51,514 nucleotides of DNA. It comes from Phoronis australis. Lineage: Eukaryota; Animalia; Phoronida. This document shows positions 13,360 through 26,900 of this stretch, one piece after another; position 1 is the first letter of the stretch; the number at the start of each line of letters is the position of its first letter. The notes beneath the pieces are model-generated. The model saw only the letters and a list, made by a program, of their open reading frames with translations. It did not search any database and was not told where the DNA came from. Location: positions 836,094-887,607 of the forward strand of contig NMRA01000130.1 of NCBI GenBank assembly GCA_002633005.1. The letters are read 5' to 3'. Made by a program: the position numbers and the translations under genes.

Positions 13360-13940
13360 AGGTTATCAGTTACATGTATAGTTACCAGGTTATCAGTTAT
13401 ATTTACCAGGTTGTGATTTATAGTTACCAGGTTGTCAGTTATAGTTATCAGGTTGTCAGTTATAGTTACCAGATGGTCAGTTATAGTTACCAGGTTTTCA
13501 GTTATAGTTTCCAAGATGTCAATTCAAAGGCGGATTTAAGGGCCCCCCCCTTGGCTGCCGCAAAAAAAATAAAACAGCAAGAGCGTAGGGAAATGTTGAG
13601 TTTATTAATTTGCCCCGGTAANTATTTTTAGAGGAAAAAACAGAAAAATTTCCCCCCATTCGGTGCTATGCGCATCTACAATCGTGGTTTGCGCAAATGC
13701 TTACAGCCGGACAAAATGTTGGGTCCCCCTTATGATATCCTAGATCCGCCATTGCAATTATAGTTATTAGGTTGTCAGTTATAGTTACCAGGTTATCAGT
13801 TACAGTTATCATGTTAACAGTTATGGTTACCAAGATATCAGTTATTTACCATGTTATCAGTTATATTTACCAGGTATTCAGTTATAGTTACCAGGTTGTC
13901 AGTTGTATTTATCAGGTTGTCAGTTATAGTTAACAGGTTA
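13360..13940. repeat. 21-bp minisatellite (CAGTTATAGTTACCAGGTTGT), interrupted by a MITE
   Basis: About 7 units before 13524 and about 8 after 13755. It explains the SYSYQVV repeat ORF. Confidence 0.92.
13525..13754. mobile_element. MITE with GGCGGAT-type TIRs and 5-bp TSD
   Basis: Termini CAAAGGCGGATTTAAG ... CTAGATCCGCCATTG. CAATT at 13520-13524 and 13755-13759. Confidence 0.87.
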
Positions 13941-14219
13941 GCAGGAAGATTTTAAAAAGGATTTTATGTACACTGACGAGGATCAATCATATTTTAGACT
14001 CGATTAGGAATTGAAGCGGTAAATTAGTCTAAGACCGGCAACATTGTAAGCTTTTCAAAATGTTTTCGCTTAAGTATCAATTAAGAGTTCAGCTTCAGTA
14101 AGGTGACCTTCATAATTCTTGTTCTTCAAAATATCTCTGAACAAAAGACAGTCGATGCACGTTATATTCAGGTTTCTTTAAAAGTTTCATGGCATCCAAT
14201 TCAATCATTATAATGCCGG

Positions 14220-14375
14220 CAGTTCTGTAGTGGTAAAATTAGAGGAAAGTAGGCGCTCAAAGTCCACCGTATCACATTGAGCACTGAACGTAACTTGCGG
14301 TGCATAGGCGCTACGTTCAAATACCAAAAGGTGGTTGGCTGCGCCTACGTGAGCCTACGCTCCACTAAAGCTCTG
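14220..14375 (+). mobile_element. hAT-like MITE, copy 2, 8-bp TSD
   Basis: Termini CAGTTCTGTAGTGG ... CCACTAAAGCTCTG. Flanks AATGCCGG (14212-14219) and AATGTCGG (14376-14383). An 8-bp TSD with CAG ends is typical of hAT. Confidence 0.85.
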
Positions 14376-16234
14376 AATGTCGGTACACACTATTCTCCCT
14401 GGCTGAATGATTGACATTGGCACTTACACGGTCTTTAGAAGACTAGGTCGACTTCAGTTATTGTCCATTGTATTTCGCATTGTAAGTTATTCATGGGTTT
14501 CTGAAAACACATGCAGTCACTAACGTCACAAAAAGCTCACCTCTCGATCACAAATTGACCCACAGTCATTGCAAGATCCGTTGACGTCATCGCTCTGGGC
14601 CCTCATGTTCCTTACAAAGACAGCTCTCCGTCCGTAGACAGAGAATGAGCTGATATGGCCATAGGTCGGTTATAAAGACAGTAAGGTCGAGAATATATCG
14701 GGTAGTACATACCATTTAAGCCATAAGTTTGAGTCTAAATTCGTGACGTGTAGAAAAATTCTCGCTTGCACTGGTCACCGCTCTGACTCCCTAAGCCCCA
14801 GACAACTTTTATGATGCCTATTCAGCACGCCCTTTGTATTGATGTAGATCTGAGCTAATGAAGTGGAAAGGTAATCGCTAGCACTACTTTCTTAACAATG
14901 GTGGTCGTTATTACACACAAATTGTTTTTCTCTGGCATTTGCACAGAGTTAAAGCCTGCAATGTGGAGAGCAGTTTTAACTCGGTACATTTTAAATCTAA
15001 CAAAAAGACCAAAAAGTTAATTTGCGTTGACCTTGACAAAGGACCACTTCCCAAAGGAATGTTTGGTTGTAAATATGTTTCATATCTGTTTTCATTAATT
15101 TATTTTAATACTCCTGCCTACTTGTTTTTTCTTACCGGTTAGGGTTGCTATCTTTTTATTTTGTGTTTAAACGACGTATCAAAACAATTTTGAAGTCAGT
15201 TAATTGTGAACCCATCCTTGAATTTTCCAGATTACAGCTACACCAAACATGTCAAACCAAACAAAACTACACGTGCCGTGCCATTAATTCAAGTTCAATT
15301 TTTATTAGAACTCAAATCATAAAATATATACAAAAGTGCAAATATGGTGATAACCAAACTGAAGAATTGGAACCTCTGAACAATTTTGGTTGCAGTTACT
15401 ACATAACTATTTTAGCTTTTCCGCAGTCATAAAAAATGAAATCACAGCTCTTGCCCACCGACCAACCTCATCTACTGCCTGCACTCTCTCATTGACTACA
15501 TCTTAGTTGTCTTCACAGGTGTTCCATTGCAACTACCTGCTAACCATCGAAATTGGCACATTTCCGCGAATATCAGTTTTCCGGCTAGTGCACTACTCCT
15601 CTAGTAAAGTAGTTCGGAATGCACTGGGGTATAAGCGATGTTTTAAAAGTTATTGCCATCTAATTTAGTCACTGTGTGTTGTTTATAGATGTATCAATAT
15701 AGCTTAGTTGTATATTAAAAGTATACTCCACATGATATTGTTAACTCTGATCAGCGGCTGTAAATCACTTAGTATATCAACACGCACAGTCGTTTATCTT
15801 CAATCGTACCCAATGTTAGTAGTTTTTAGCTTAATAGTTAATCGATTTTTAAAAATCGAAAACCAAACTTGGTTGTTTTTTTCCATCTGAATACAGCTGT
15901 GGTGTTTTGAACGAAAATTGTTGGTTAATGCATTTTGAAAATTCGCCAGTAGGTACAGGCAGATATGTTTACTACAGGTTATGGTCGGGTAATTATACTT
16001 AATTGGGTCTTGCTCGCACCAGACAATGCGGTCATCGCAAATGAGTACGACTCTGGCACCGTGCTCTCTTTGATCCCGGTAAAAGCCGCTCAGAAGGACG
16101 AGCGGTGAAAAGTCACGCATATATGTCTTTAGATATGCGTGACTTTCATGTAAGCGTATTATTCACGGCATGAACTTGGGTTTTTGACGAAAGTCTCTTG
16201 GTGCTCGAATCTTATGGTCATTAAGTACGAAGAT

Positions 16235-16467
16235 TTGGGGCCGGTTGTAAGAAAACTGACACCTTATGTTTCAGTCAATTTTAAGATAAAACTTAAATTT
16301 GTCTCAAGATCGATTCAATAAAGAGATTTTACGTTTCTTTTGGCTTAAGCTCCATCTTAATTTTGACTGTCTTACCGGATGTGGAATTTTCAAAGACTGG
16401 AAGATAAGACAAATTTTAGATTTAAGACAAAAATGAACTTACGTCATTTTCTTGGAAAAGGCCCCTG
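16235..16467. mobile_element. Decayed palindromic MITE (PIF/Harbinger-like GGGGCC ends)
   Basis: GGGGCCGGTTGTAAGAAAA ... TTTTCTTGGAAAAGGCCCC form imperfect TIRs. Internal inverted segments AAATTTGTCT/AGACAAATTT. Confidence 0.6.
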
Positions 16468-19400
16468 GACTAGACTCATTTGAGTCATCCGTAATATGCT
16501 CAAGCACTAAATAATTGATAATTCTCCTGAGTTAGTATTAAAAAAAGGGAATAAAAATACTCTCGAGCTCGATTCGAGTACCTAAAATGGTGGCCCATGC
16601 CGTTGCTGTTTTAGAAGTTCGATCACGTTGTGCTGCTCTATAGCTGAGCCGCTGCGGTGTACAAAGCTAAAGCCGATCCTGCACGCACGATTTTCTAAGA
16701 TTATGCAAAGCTCAGTTGCAGAAAATTCAATGAGATGTTTATTGGTTGACAAGCTACCCCACTAATAACGCTGATCTTAATTTGTTTCCAACGTTACAAC
16801 AGAAGCGCATATGATATGCGTTTAATGAGTCAACATTGTCTACTTCATATTAGTTTGTGACAAGAAGAAAACAAAAGTCCTCAGTGTTCCTGTCATTTTG
16901 GGTGAATGGTCACGTTTTTTTTTGCTAAATTGAGTCTGCATCTCAAATTTTTCCGTCTTATTTTATTTTGAAGCAAATCGTATTTTTAAGGAATATTGAA
17001 GAAACAAATTCGGGATTTTAGCTGTTAAAGCTCAAACAGCGCCATATACATGTACGAATGCTAATTGACTCCTCAAAAGCGCGCTAATTTCAAAAATTAC
17101 GTTTTCCCCGCTGCATTTCACTAAAAGGCGACTTGTTTTGTCGTTGGAATGGTGAAACAAGTTTAGCTGATGGGAGCAATCTAAGACAAGAAGCGTTTTC
17201 TGCAATAAATTCAATTTTGCCGTTTGAAATAAGGCCCTCCTACGGTCTACACTTGATTTATCTTTAGTTTAGTGTGACGTCATTGTGAAGTTTGATGAGG
17301 TCGTATGTTATTCTTAAACTCCAAAATCATACAAAAAGCTCAATATTAACAGTTTTCACACTAAATAATTTGCATGGTTATAAGCTTGCAAATTTGTATG
17401 CGATCAGGCCCAAGCATTAAAGAAAAATCGTTGTCCAAACCTGATAAAAGTGTAGCCCACTTGGCGCCTAAATTATGCGTTTTAGAGAAGGTTTGTGTAG
17501 TAATGAAAGAATTCAGATACAGCACAATACAACACTGCAATTTTGGAAAGGTAGACAATAGTGTTGCAATGCGCTTGTTAGGGATCCACCCGTGGAGATA
17601 TTAAGTTTATATAGGCCTACCAATTACGGTTAAGGTCGCCTCTTAAGAAGGTCGTTTACCATCATCCCTGAGTTATTTTTCATACCGCAGGTCAAAATGT
17701 TCTGACCTGGAAGGAATGCGGCGGTTTGTGGAGATGAGGTCAGAATGTTGCTGTGCTCCACAGACAGTTTTAATTACGTATTCGCGGACCACTCATTTCA
17801 TTTGTAGAGAACAGCTGTTTACGAACGCCTGCCTCAGATATAACGTTTAGATGGTGCCGAAGTTGTACTGATGAGACTTGTCAGTAGGGAATTGGTGGAA
17901 CGCCATAGAAAACTGTCACGAGTTGATCAGTTTTACGTGTTTACGTTGACGGTACGGCTTCGTGAAACGTAGTGTGTCGATGAATAAGAAGGAAACTTTC
18001 TAAAATTCTGCCACTGCTTGAACCTTGGCCTATCGAAAGATCTTACCTACGGGCAGTACCTTGGAACACTTCAGATGTGTGGAAATTCTCCACGAAGCAC
18101 TTTATCATTGACCAGAATCAAAACAAGGGATGTCTTAAAGGATCGTGGTTCCGGGATTTACATGTAGGCCTACTTCCCCATGTCTTCTACTGTCTGTTTG
18201 TTAGCTTCGGTTAATTGAGGATGTGTAAATATAGAAATCGAATTTCGGAGTGATACTGACATCCCGTGCGATTTGGTGGTTTTTAAACCGCTTTTGAGCA
18301 AATCGAATATCAGAGTTGCCATCAGCGTTCCAGACCCAGAGTCGCAATGAGCTACGTATATTTAAGAAGCTTTTGAAACACAAGAGCAATTATGGACATA
18401 AGAAAGTTCGTTGAACAAGGTAAGCATTCGTTGAACAAACAAAGGCGAGCATATTTCACATCCATGGTTGTTGCCGTATATGCCACACGCGCTGTGATAA
18501 TTGAACGATATTCACATTCCGCATGGCTACATGCCACGACGTAGCCGGGCTATAGTACATACATGTAGGCCTATTATAAAAATAAAACAGAGTTTTACTT
18601 CGTCTATACGCCCGGTAAAAAACTCGCGTTATCTACGTTTGGACACATCATAGCTAAATTGGACTTACACCGGTCAAGTCGTATTTTTAGAAAACGTCTG
18701 TGTTTTTCATTAACGCTCTGCTATAGCTGTGAGTATGCCGCGCTCGGTTTTTATGGTGTACGATGCCGTTTGAGAATCGGTAGCTGCATCTGGTAGTATA
18801 AAGGTTTGGGTGGCACTGATAACTGTGCGCAGGGATTTTACACCAACGGAGTTCCAACTCGCGTGTTCGGCTTCCTTCCATCGGCACTGAGTGACAGGAT
18901 AGACAGCAAAAGTCCGTTCTCTAATTTTTCAGTTTTACTTTTTAAGATTGTTAAAGTGAAAGACGGAGGTGGTGTTCGATTAATAACAGTATTTCTGTAT
19001 CTATGGTGAGGCTGCGTGTTTAATCAATGTGAACCTCATAACCTTGTAGGCCTACATGCTTTTTGCAAATCTCAAGGGTTTCTGGCATGCAGCAAGAACA
19101 CAGCTTGGCGACCCGTGCTTCATGGTACACATAATGATATTGCACACACAACTCCTTGAGAAGGATGTTCTACAATTTACGTCATAGGTACACGTCATAC
19201 CACTGACGCAATGAACTAAGAAGGTGCATATTCAACATATTTCAATTTGAGATCAGAATGTCGTTATGCCGACGACTTACGCAACGTAACTGAACATATC
19301 TCGCACTGAGTTTTCCAACAACACAGCCCCATACAGTAATTCAGTAATTTATAGTATCCACCGATGCAGAGTTATGAGCTAATTAATCCTTTCTTATGAA

Positions 19401-20071
19401 ATCGGCAGATGTTTTTTAACACCATTGTGTACAAGAATTTTCCGTAACTACTTGGTTGTCTGTCATGTGTGTTTTGCCTTAATTGTACTAACAGCCAGTG
19501 TTGCTCACGTTCATTGGAGAATAATGTAGCTGATCTTTCACCATCTGTTTAAATCATCTATCAGGATCACTACTTGGTCATTAATTTGGCTCATTTCAAT
19601 TTGAGAAACTGGCCGCTGTATGAACCGTCAGAGCACATTAACAGAGAATGATCAGTATGCATAGTACATGAGTCGGATTTGTTAAAATCAGCTTTAAAGC
19701 TTTGCAAAATACTAACAGTGTTGTGGTGAATTTGATAACTAAAATGTGAATATGAAATAGCACACTACATATTTGGTCACAACACGTGACCTGTAGATAC
19801 AATGAGCGACACATAGTGGGAAACAGAATGATAATTCATATTGACCAATATCAACTCTCTATTTTTAACGTCACATTCACATACATATAATATTTCAGAA
19901 TGACAGTGACATCATTTTGCTAATTATGACATAGATTCATGTGTAAATTAAACCGATACTGTTACGTGCGGACTATTCACTATTTGCGTGTCCAATAATG
20001 TAATGTACAGTAACGTTGCTAATAAGTGGATCCATCATATCTTAAAGATCTACTATTAATCTTTTGCAGTT

Positions 20072-21347
20072 TTATTTTCCCTGTTTTTTGTTTTTAATAA
20101 ATTTATTATCGTTGATAATCAAGTAAAAAACAAACAAGTACATCCATTCACACACGCGTGCACAATAAAATTTTCCCAGAGAACCTGTCATACACCAAAT
20201 TTTTACACGAAACGAATTTTTCAGCATTACAGTACTTATAAGAATACATGCATGTAACAAACATGTTAATATTAGGTATTGTGACGTAGGCCTATCTCCT
20301 TGTAAATGTACTGTTTGACTAGTAATAGCAAAATGGATGGAAAATCATATGGCTCATTAAGTCTTAGAATAACACGTTTGTTAGAGAGACAGTTGGGAAG
20401 ATGAATAAAACACTTTTGAATTTGTTTTCTGAATTTCTTCCAAAAATCGTGTACAGGGCGACATTCCCTAAAAAGGTGTGACAGCGTCTCTGGAGCTTTG
20501 CTACAAAAGGAACATAAATTAGAATCCCGGATTTTGACTAAAATGTACTTGTCGCAATAATCCTGTGTAATATTCTAAATTGGAACCATCTAATGTTGGG
20601 ATCGTTTGTAATTTCATGAGGCAATGCGCATATTTTCTTCCCATCTTAACTATTTTCCATTTACAATCTGATTTAGAAGGTTTCTTGATGTCGTTACGGA
20701 TGGAACAAATATGTATGTAACCTTTTACATCTTTCCGTAAGTGAGTAATTGCTAAAGGCATGCATGAATAATAGACATTAACACTTTTAAATTTACTTTG
20801 GAATGGCTTTTTTGAAACCTTCTGGGAACAGAAACAACATCGTTGTATTCTACAAAGTTGGTTTCCACATCCAACCCCTTTTTCATATGGTCTAAACTAA
20901 CGAAATCGCCATCAGAGGTATACATATCTCTGATAAATCTTAAGCCTTTTTCAAACCAAAACTTAAAAAAAAAACACTTCAACCACTGATCCCCAAGTTA
21001 CTATAAACTACAAAGGTTGATTCAAAAGTCTTCTTTTCTCATAGAATGTTGTCATACTTTCAAATACGTCTCGCCAATAGGAGTTATCAATAAGAGTCAA
21101 CTTCCACTTAATAAAGTCTCCTAATGAACCAAAAACAATTTAAAACGGGTAGAGTGAGTAAATTAACTGACCACATTTAGACGCGGTGGCTTTCAAGATA
21201 TCTACGGGACATGGCGAGTTTTAAAGCTTTGATGAATGTATGTATCTATTGTAACTATATCAGCCAATTGAAGACTCCTTGATCTAGTCCTAAAGAGGCC
21301 GTAGTTTGTTTGATTTTAATATTTTCGCTATTTTGTTTCGATTCCAC
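20072..21347 (-). mobile_element. 5'-truncated, decayed Tx1/L1-clade LINE (ORF2 C-terminus and 3' end)
   Basis: Minus-strand translation across frameshifts gives KIKQTTASLGLDQG, FIKALK, WFEKGLRFIRDM, RWFQFRILHRIIAT and the zf-RVT motif CSFCSKAPETLSHLFRECRPVHDFW. An A-rich tail lies at ~20072-20095. Confidence 0.85.
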
Positions 21348-21350
21348 CTT

Positions 21351-23902
21351 TAGGCCATAGTCCCAGGTCTCCTACTTCTCACCTCCGTGGCTATTTTGGG
21401 GGACAACGGGAACTTTGCATTAAACCCATCTACAGATGTTCAAAAGTCAATTTCAAAAAAAATGTTCCCAAGAATACACTTGCAAGCTTAGTAATAATTT
21501 TAATTTAAATGTTGGAAAAATTAGCCTAAACTAATATGTTAGCCACCAGGTGTCAGTGCAAAATGATCAGAACAGCTAATCGAATGCCAGGAAAATATTG
21601 TGTCCTTGTCTTTCCCGTTCCCAAGTTGTCTGCTTCATGAAAGCATTCAATAGAGGACAGCCAACTGATGTTATCCTGTTGGCTTGGCTAACTTGTTTAC
21701 AGCTACTGTCTACATTTAAAAAGTGTTAATTCTTGGATGGGTGTGCAAGTAATTGGCAATTGCCAAGGGTCAAGGTTCATAAACCAGCAGGCAGTAGATT
21801 GGAATTGAGGAAAGCCAAGTCAAGTGGCAAGTGTCATCATACTGATATACATACAAAGTCCATCACAGAGGACTTCACAAACAAAGAAAAACTTGAAAAG
21901 CTGTCCTATTTCCAAACATTCACTTGTAAATATGCCTACTTATTCTTAATTTGAAAAAAATATCATTTATGGTAAAAAATCTTCAGTTTAGGACAGAGAA
22001 AAAAATAGTTTGCTTGATAAATTTACAGTATTAGCCGTCCCAATCACAAATACTGGCTGTAATTTTTACCTACATGTGAGTGATCAGCTCTCCTCTTTAT
22101 GAACTTCCAAGCCTATTTTCTGATCCTTTTTATGTAAAACCATGAGTTGTGTTTGGAATTTGAGAAATACAAAAATGCAAATATTGCCGTTGTTCTGTAA
22201 TTCATTATCTTGAAAATTCAGTTGTTGCTCAGATTTCAGTGTCTCACATTTTGGAGATTCTTGAGTTGGAGAATTTTTAGTGTAGGAAAATTTTTATTCT
22301 TCCATTGATGTGCTATCTAAAACATGAAGCGTCAAAAGAAATTTTACCTCTACAGTAAATAAGACGCTTTTCACTTTTACACTAAAACTATTGCCAAAAT
22401 GACCATTCCTCTATTTTCAAAGGCTAAGGATGATAAACATTTTCTATGTCTTAAAGTGGCAACTGTACGGTGAAATCAATCCTAGTAATGTTGCTCATTT
22501 CTCTTAATGCTTACTTTTGCTGAGCACTTGACAAAATAAAACTTCACTTGTTGGCCATACTGTGCTAAAGTGAAGAGCATTTTGGTAATTTGTTTTAGTA
22601 AAAAGGATTACTGTAACAAGGCTTAAAAGTGTTTAGACGAAACGCTATTCAGGTTGACAAAAATTATATTCCGGTAGGTTGCAGGCTTGCAGAGATATTT
22701 TTAAAACTTTTTCATTAGATTTGGGCTCAACATTATTTTGCGTTTTCTGATCAACTCATGGAAGATAATTGAACAGTTTGTATGCAAGCTGTACGGCGAC
22801 CCGTCATCAACAGTTAACAAAGCACGCTACTACATATTCAGGTTGAAATCTGTGATGGAATCATCTCTTCCTCTTAGTCATGGTCGTTTGTTGTTACATG
22901 CCAAAAGAGCAAAACTACCAGTGTGCCTTTCACAAACGAGCCTTGCAACAGCATCTCAGTGCATCATCTCCAATTGGTAACAGGTGACTTTTGGAGTAGG
23001 GTAGTCTGAATTTCCACTGGATGACTTTGCCTTTAGCCCCAGAAAATGTCACGAAAAATGTTAATTGCAAATGTAAAAAGAGTGGTTGTAGTACAGAAGT
23101 GTGTTCTTGTTTGAAGTCGGGCTTGCCATGTTCAAAGTTGTGTGACTGTCAATTTTGTGAACACGGTGTCTCAAGAAAGAACTTTTGATGACAATGATGA
23201 TGAATATAAACAATGAAGTGGATGAACAAACACAAAAAGTGTGGGTTTTGTTGTTAAAAAAATTTAAATTCGTAGCCTAATAGGACATATTTACATTTTA
23301 TCATGCTGATGTCAGGACTGTATGGTGTATGGTTCCCTGTGACAGTTGACCATGCAGTTGAACTGCAGTGTGGAAAATGATAATTAATTATGACAATTAA
23401 TGGAAGTGATGACAGTGAATTCATTTCAGAAACCTTGGAAATGTATGTTGTTCATATGTAGGTTGTGATATCAAATCTTTATCAAGTTCCAGATGGTTAA
23501 CACTAGTATTGTTCTTCTGGTAGTTCAGAATATAGTAGTATGTTTCCTGGCCAACATGAGGCGCTGCTAAACATTTTCTATTTGTCTTTTTTGAGCAATT
23601 TGCCACCTAATGTCATAATGTTTATTACTTTTCTTGTCCAGTAACTTAAAATGAACAAAACCCAATCAAATCGTCATTCTTGTTGGTTTTTGAAGATTGT
23701 TTTTCTGTGCCAAATTTTGGCAAAGTAAGATTTTTTAGGTCAAATTTCTCGAAAACGTGCAAGTGAAACCTTGAACTTTTTAGATTCTTAAAGTATAGCA
23801 TTTAATGACCTTAAAAACACCAAAATTATCTTGCCCCCAAAAAGTAGCCACGGAAGTGATTTTCTGTACTTCCTAGAGTCGAATGGACGGACTATGGCCC
23901 TA
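21351..23902 (+). mobile_element. Non-autonomous (internally deleted) Academ-type DNA transposon
   Basis: Ends TAGGCCATAGTCC ... GGACTATGGCCCTA. Subterminal inverted blocks CCGTGGCTATTTTGGGGGACAA and TTGCCCCCAAAAAGTAGCCACGG. 3-bp TSD CTT at 21348-21350 and 23903-23905. It carries a relic of an XPG-adjacent/Cys-rich transposase C-terminus. Confidence 0.82.
22765..23170 (+). pseudogene. Academ transposase C-terminal relic with Cys-rich (CXC/Cys8) zinc finger
   Basis: IEQFVCKLYG...VNKARYYIF...LP...LHAKRA, then a frameshift, NYQ...SPIGN, then HWMTLPLAPENVTKNVNCKCKKSGCSTEVCSCLKSGLPCSKLCDCQFCE. Contains stops and frameshifts. Confidence 0.8.
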
Positions 23903-26900
23903 CTTGCTGAGTGTCGACGTGAGTGACTCAACTCAAACCTAAGAATTCCCGCTAAGCCTGCCACTTGGTATCGTGTACCGTTTAGCACGCTAACGCGTTA
24001 ATCTTGTTCTGGGCGTATTAAACAACACGTTAATATTGGCTGTGTGCATGTGTTGAAGGGTTCCCTTGTCTAGTCTTCGTTAGATCAATGACTCAATTAG
24101 AGTTACGGTAGTTTGCAAAGCTCCGGTCCGGCTAAAATTTTGACATTGTCAGACAGGGAGATCCGAAGTTCGGCATGCCGGTATTCATTGTTATTTATCT
24201 CACAGATACAATCAAGCGTCATAGAGTATTTGTACATGGCTGATTCAGTTTATTCACCTTTCAAACGTCTATCTAACCCTCTCAGTACTTGTTCGGTAAC
24301 GGCGTTTGCGGACCTAGTTTCTTGTCGATCTGTAGCTACGCGAAACTCCGTCAACTATTGTTAGACGCATTTTGATAAGTTGTTTTGCAAACAATCAGTG
24401 TCCGGATCTAAACACCCGTGAAAGGGAATATTGACTGCATAGGTGTGAGTATTATTTCATTCCAGATACCGTTGTATTTAGAGCCTAGAGTCAATATCGA
24501 GCATCATCATTTTCATGATTTTATTCTTTTGAAGCCTGGAACTCGGAACTTCTATCACGATTGTTCCAGGTTACAGTGATCTCATTCGCTCACTGACCAA
24601 CAGGTTCGCTAAAGTAGCTGTAGTACCGACAGGGTCGCTACCCGTAGTTCCGCTGATCTTAGTCATAATATGAGACATCACATAGACCGGGCGCGCGCGG
24701 GACTCAGAAACATGGAGTCAGCGTTGTCGATATGACGTCATTTATTGGAAAGTATGACACAGGAAAAATGTCGGAAAACACTGGCCGGGGAGGGAAAGGG
24801 ACGATTTTAAATAATGTGTGGAAGCGGGGCTGATCTCTTTGCGAGCAAATAATTGCACGGTGTGGGGATACTACAACACGCCGAGAAGTGCTGCCTGGTG
24901 CTTGATCGGGGAGACTTCAGATCCGTGAGAGAGAAATGGGATTCGTGAGAGAAAACTATTTGCACGCTGAATCCCTAGCGATGCACAGGAAAGGAAGTCT
25001 GTGTTCTTTGCTTTTTAACCTTAAAAACCTTTTATCTATTTATATATACGACCACCATTGGGGAATTTTTTTCACATTGGTGTACATCAAAATGAGACCC
25101 CATTAAAAAGCTACCCTGATCATGTTTTAATATTAAAACGTTACCCGACTCATTTTTTCACGGAGTATAAATGCCACCTGAGTGAACGACACGTTCCTGT
25201 GGATTGACAAACGTGCAGCCACAGAGTCCACTCGGGTATCTGCCACTAGTTGCGATCTTCTATCAGTTTGATCATATTTCCCCTATCGACTGAATAACTC
25301 TTAAAAAAACGCATGTAGGTCCTACTTCACGTGTTTTTCATGTTTCTAAAATAAACTCACACTCTTCCGCGTCTTCATGTGTTATATATCGCACTTTGAA
25401 AAGGGCAATTTGCCCCGTTTGTTTACACAGTGAGTAATTGAGTCAGTCCACCCTGACACAGCGCCACCTATACTGAAAGTGGCCCTGTGAACAACACACG
25501 GAATTCCATGTGTGAGCATCAATGCGCATGCTTGGTTGAAAGTTTATCGATCACATCGCACACGCCTGCTATGCACTGTACTTGTTTGGACTTAGCCACG
25601 GGATTGGGGTTCTCTTGAATTTGTTTACTTCCATCACTGACCGTGTTAATACATGTAAATTGCAACTATTCAAGTCAAAGGTGGTCGCCGTACTACGTAA
25701 CAGTGAACTGAAAGGGTTTCCCAGATTTCAACCAATGGGAATGACTGAATAAGTGACGTCGCTTTCATTACTTTAACCAGTGAGAAGCCATGTTAAACAA
25801 CACTGCACAGTGCTACCTTTCGTACCACTTGCCGCTGTGAAAGAGTGTACAGTCAGTCGCGACTGGGAACACTTTTCAAAATGGCGTCAAGTTGTTAGCT
25901 GCAGTTGCGCGTACGCCCGGCGGTCTCATTCTCTCATTGTCCATCTCGTGCATTTACGCTAGCTGTGGTCTTAGGTTCATAAGCATTGTCGGGTATTGGT
26001 CAAGTGTATAGTGACACTTGCCAGACTACAATCACTACTGTCCACCCGTCACATTCACAAATGCTACTCTTATAAAAAAATGGAAACTTTTACCGTGTTC
26101 CGTCAATCTAAGTACTGTTCAATGAAGTCCACTGCTATTCGTTAAAGTACGCAAGTGGCTCCAAGTTCCAGCGCCTATGTAACCTGGAATACACGCGTTG
26201 CATGTTGCAGGCTGTATGTGTGAAATGGAACTGGGAACGTGGAAACATGTTCGAGGTTGCAGCTTCTAGGTTTGCAGAAAGTGGAAATCATGGTTCCGGT
26301 CAAGAACTCGAATGACTAACTTGCCTGTGAAAAACTGAGGCTTGGTCGTTGTATCCCAAAAAGACAGCAAGGATATAGGCTTAGCCTAATGGCCTTATTG
26401 TCGAGTCCGTAGCATTTTTAAAGACTCCTAGTGCCTCATACGTTATATCGCATAAGGCTTTGTGTGTGTACGGTGTTAATAATAATGATAATAACTTGTC
26501 AGAGTGAAGGTTGTCGTAAACTATGAACGAGGCATCGGCCGAGCATGCACTTTTCAACTTGTAGCGAATGCAGCGACGAATGATTTGAGTGTAACATTAG
26601 ATTTAAGTAACGTTCATTTTCCTGCTTTTTATGAATTGCTAAAAAGTGTGATTTTGTCTCCTACTAATATGTGAACCCGCAGTATCTTTTTATTTTTGAA
26701 GCTGCGCATACAGTAAGTCGGTCGATAACAAGTAAATAAACAAACAATTGTCAGCGCAATTACCGTTTCTGTGTCGCTCGCCGCCACCTGACACTTGTTA
26801 GTGAAATTGAATATTCGATAATAGGCGCCCAATTGTTCTCACGTTGCGTTGTTTGTTCAGACGAAAGTATTGCCTTTACATCGAATGGCTAGCCACGTGA

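Noticed and set aside
13374-13631. SYSYQVV repeat protein
   Set aside because: It is the translation of a 21-bp minisatellite running into a MITE.
13973-14005. CTGACGAGGATC, possible hammerhead start
   Set aside because: There is no closing stem followed by GAAA.
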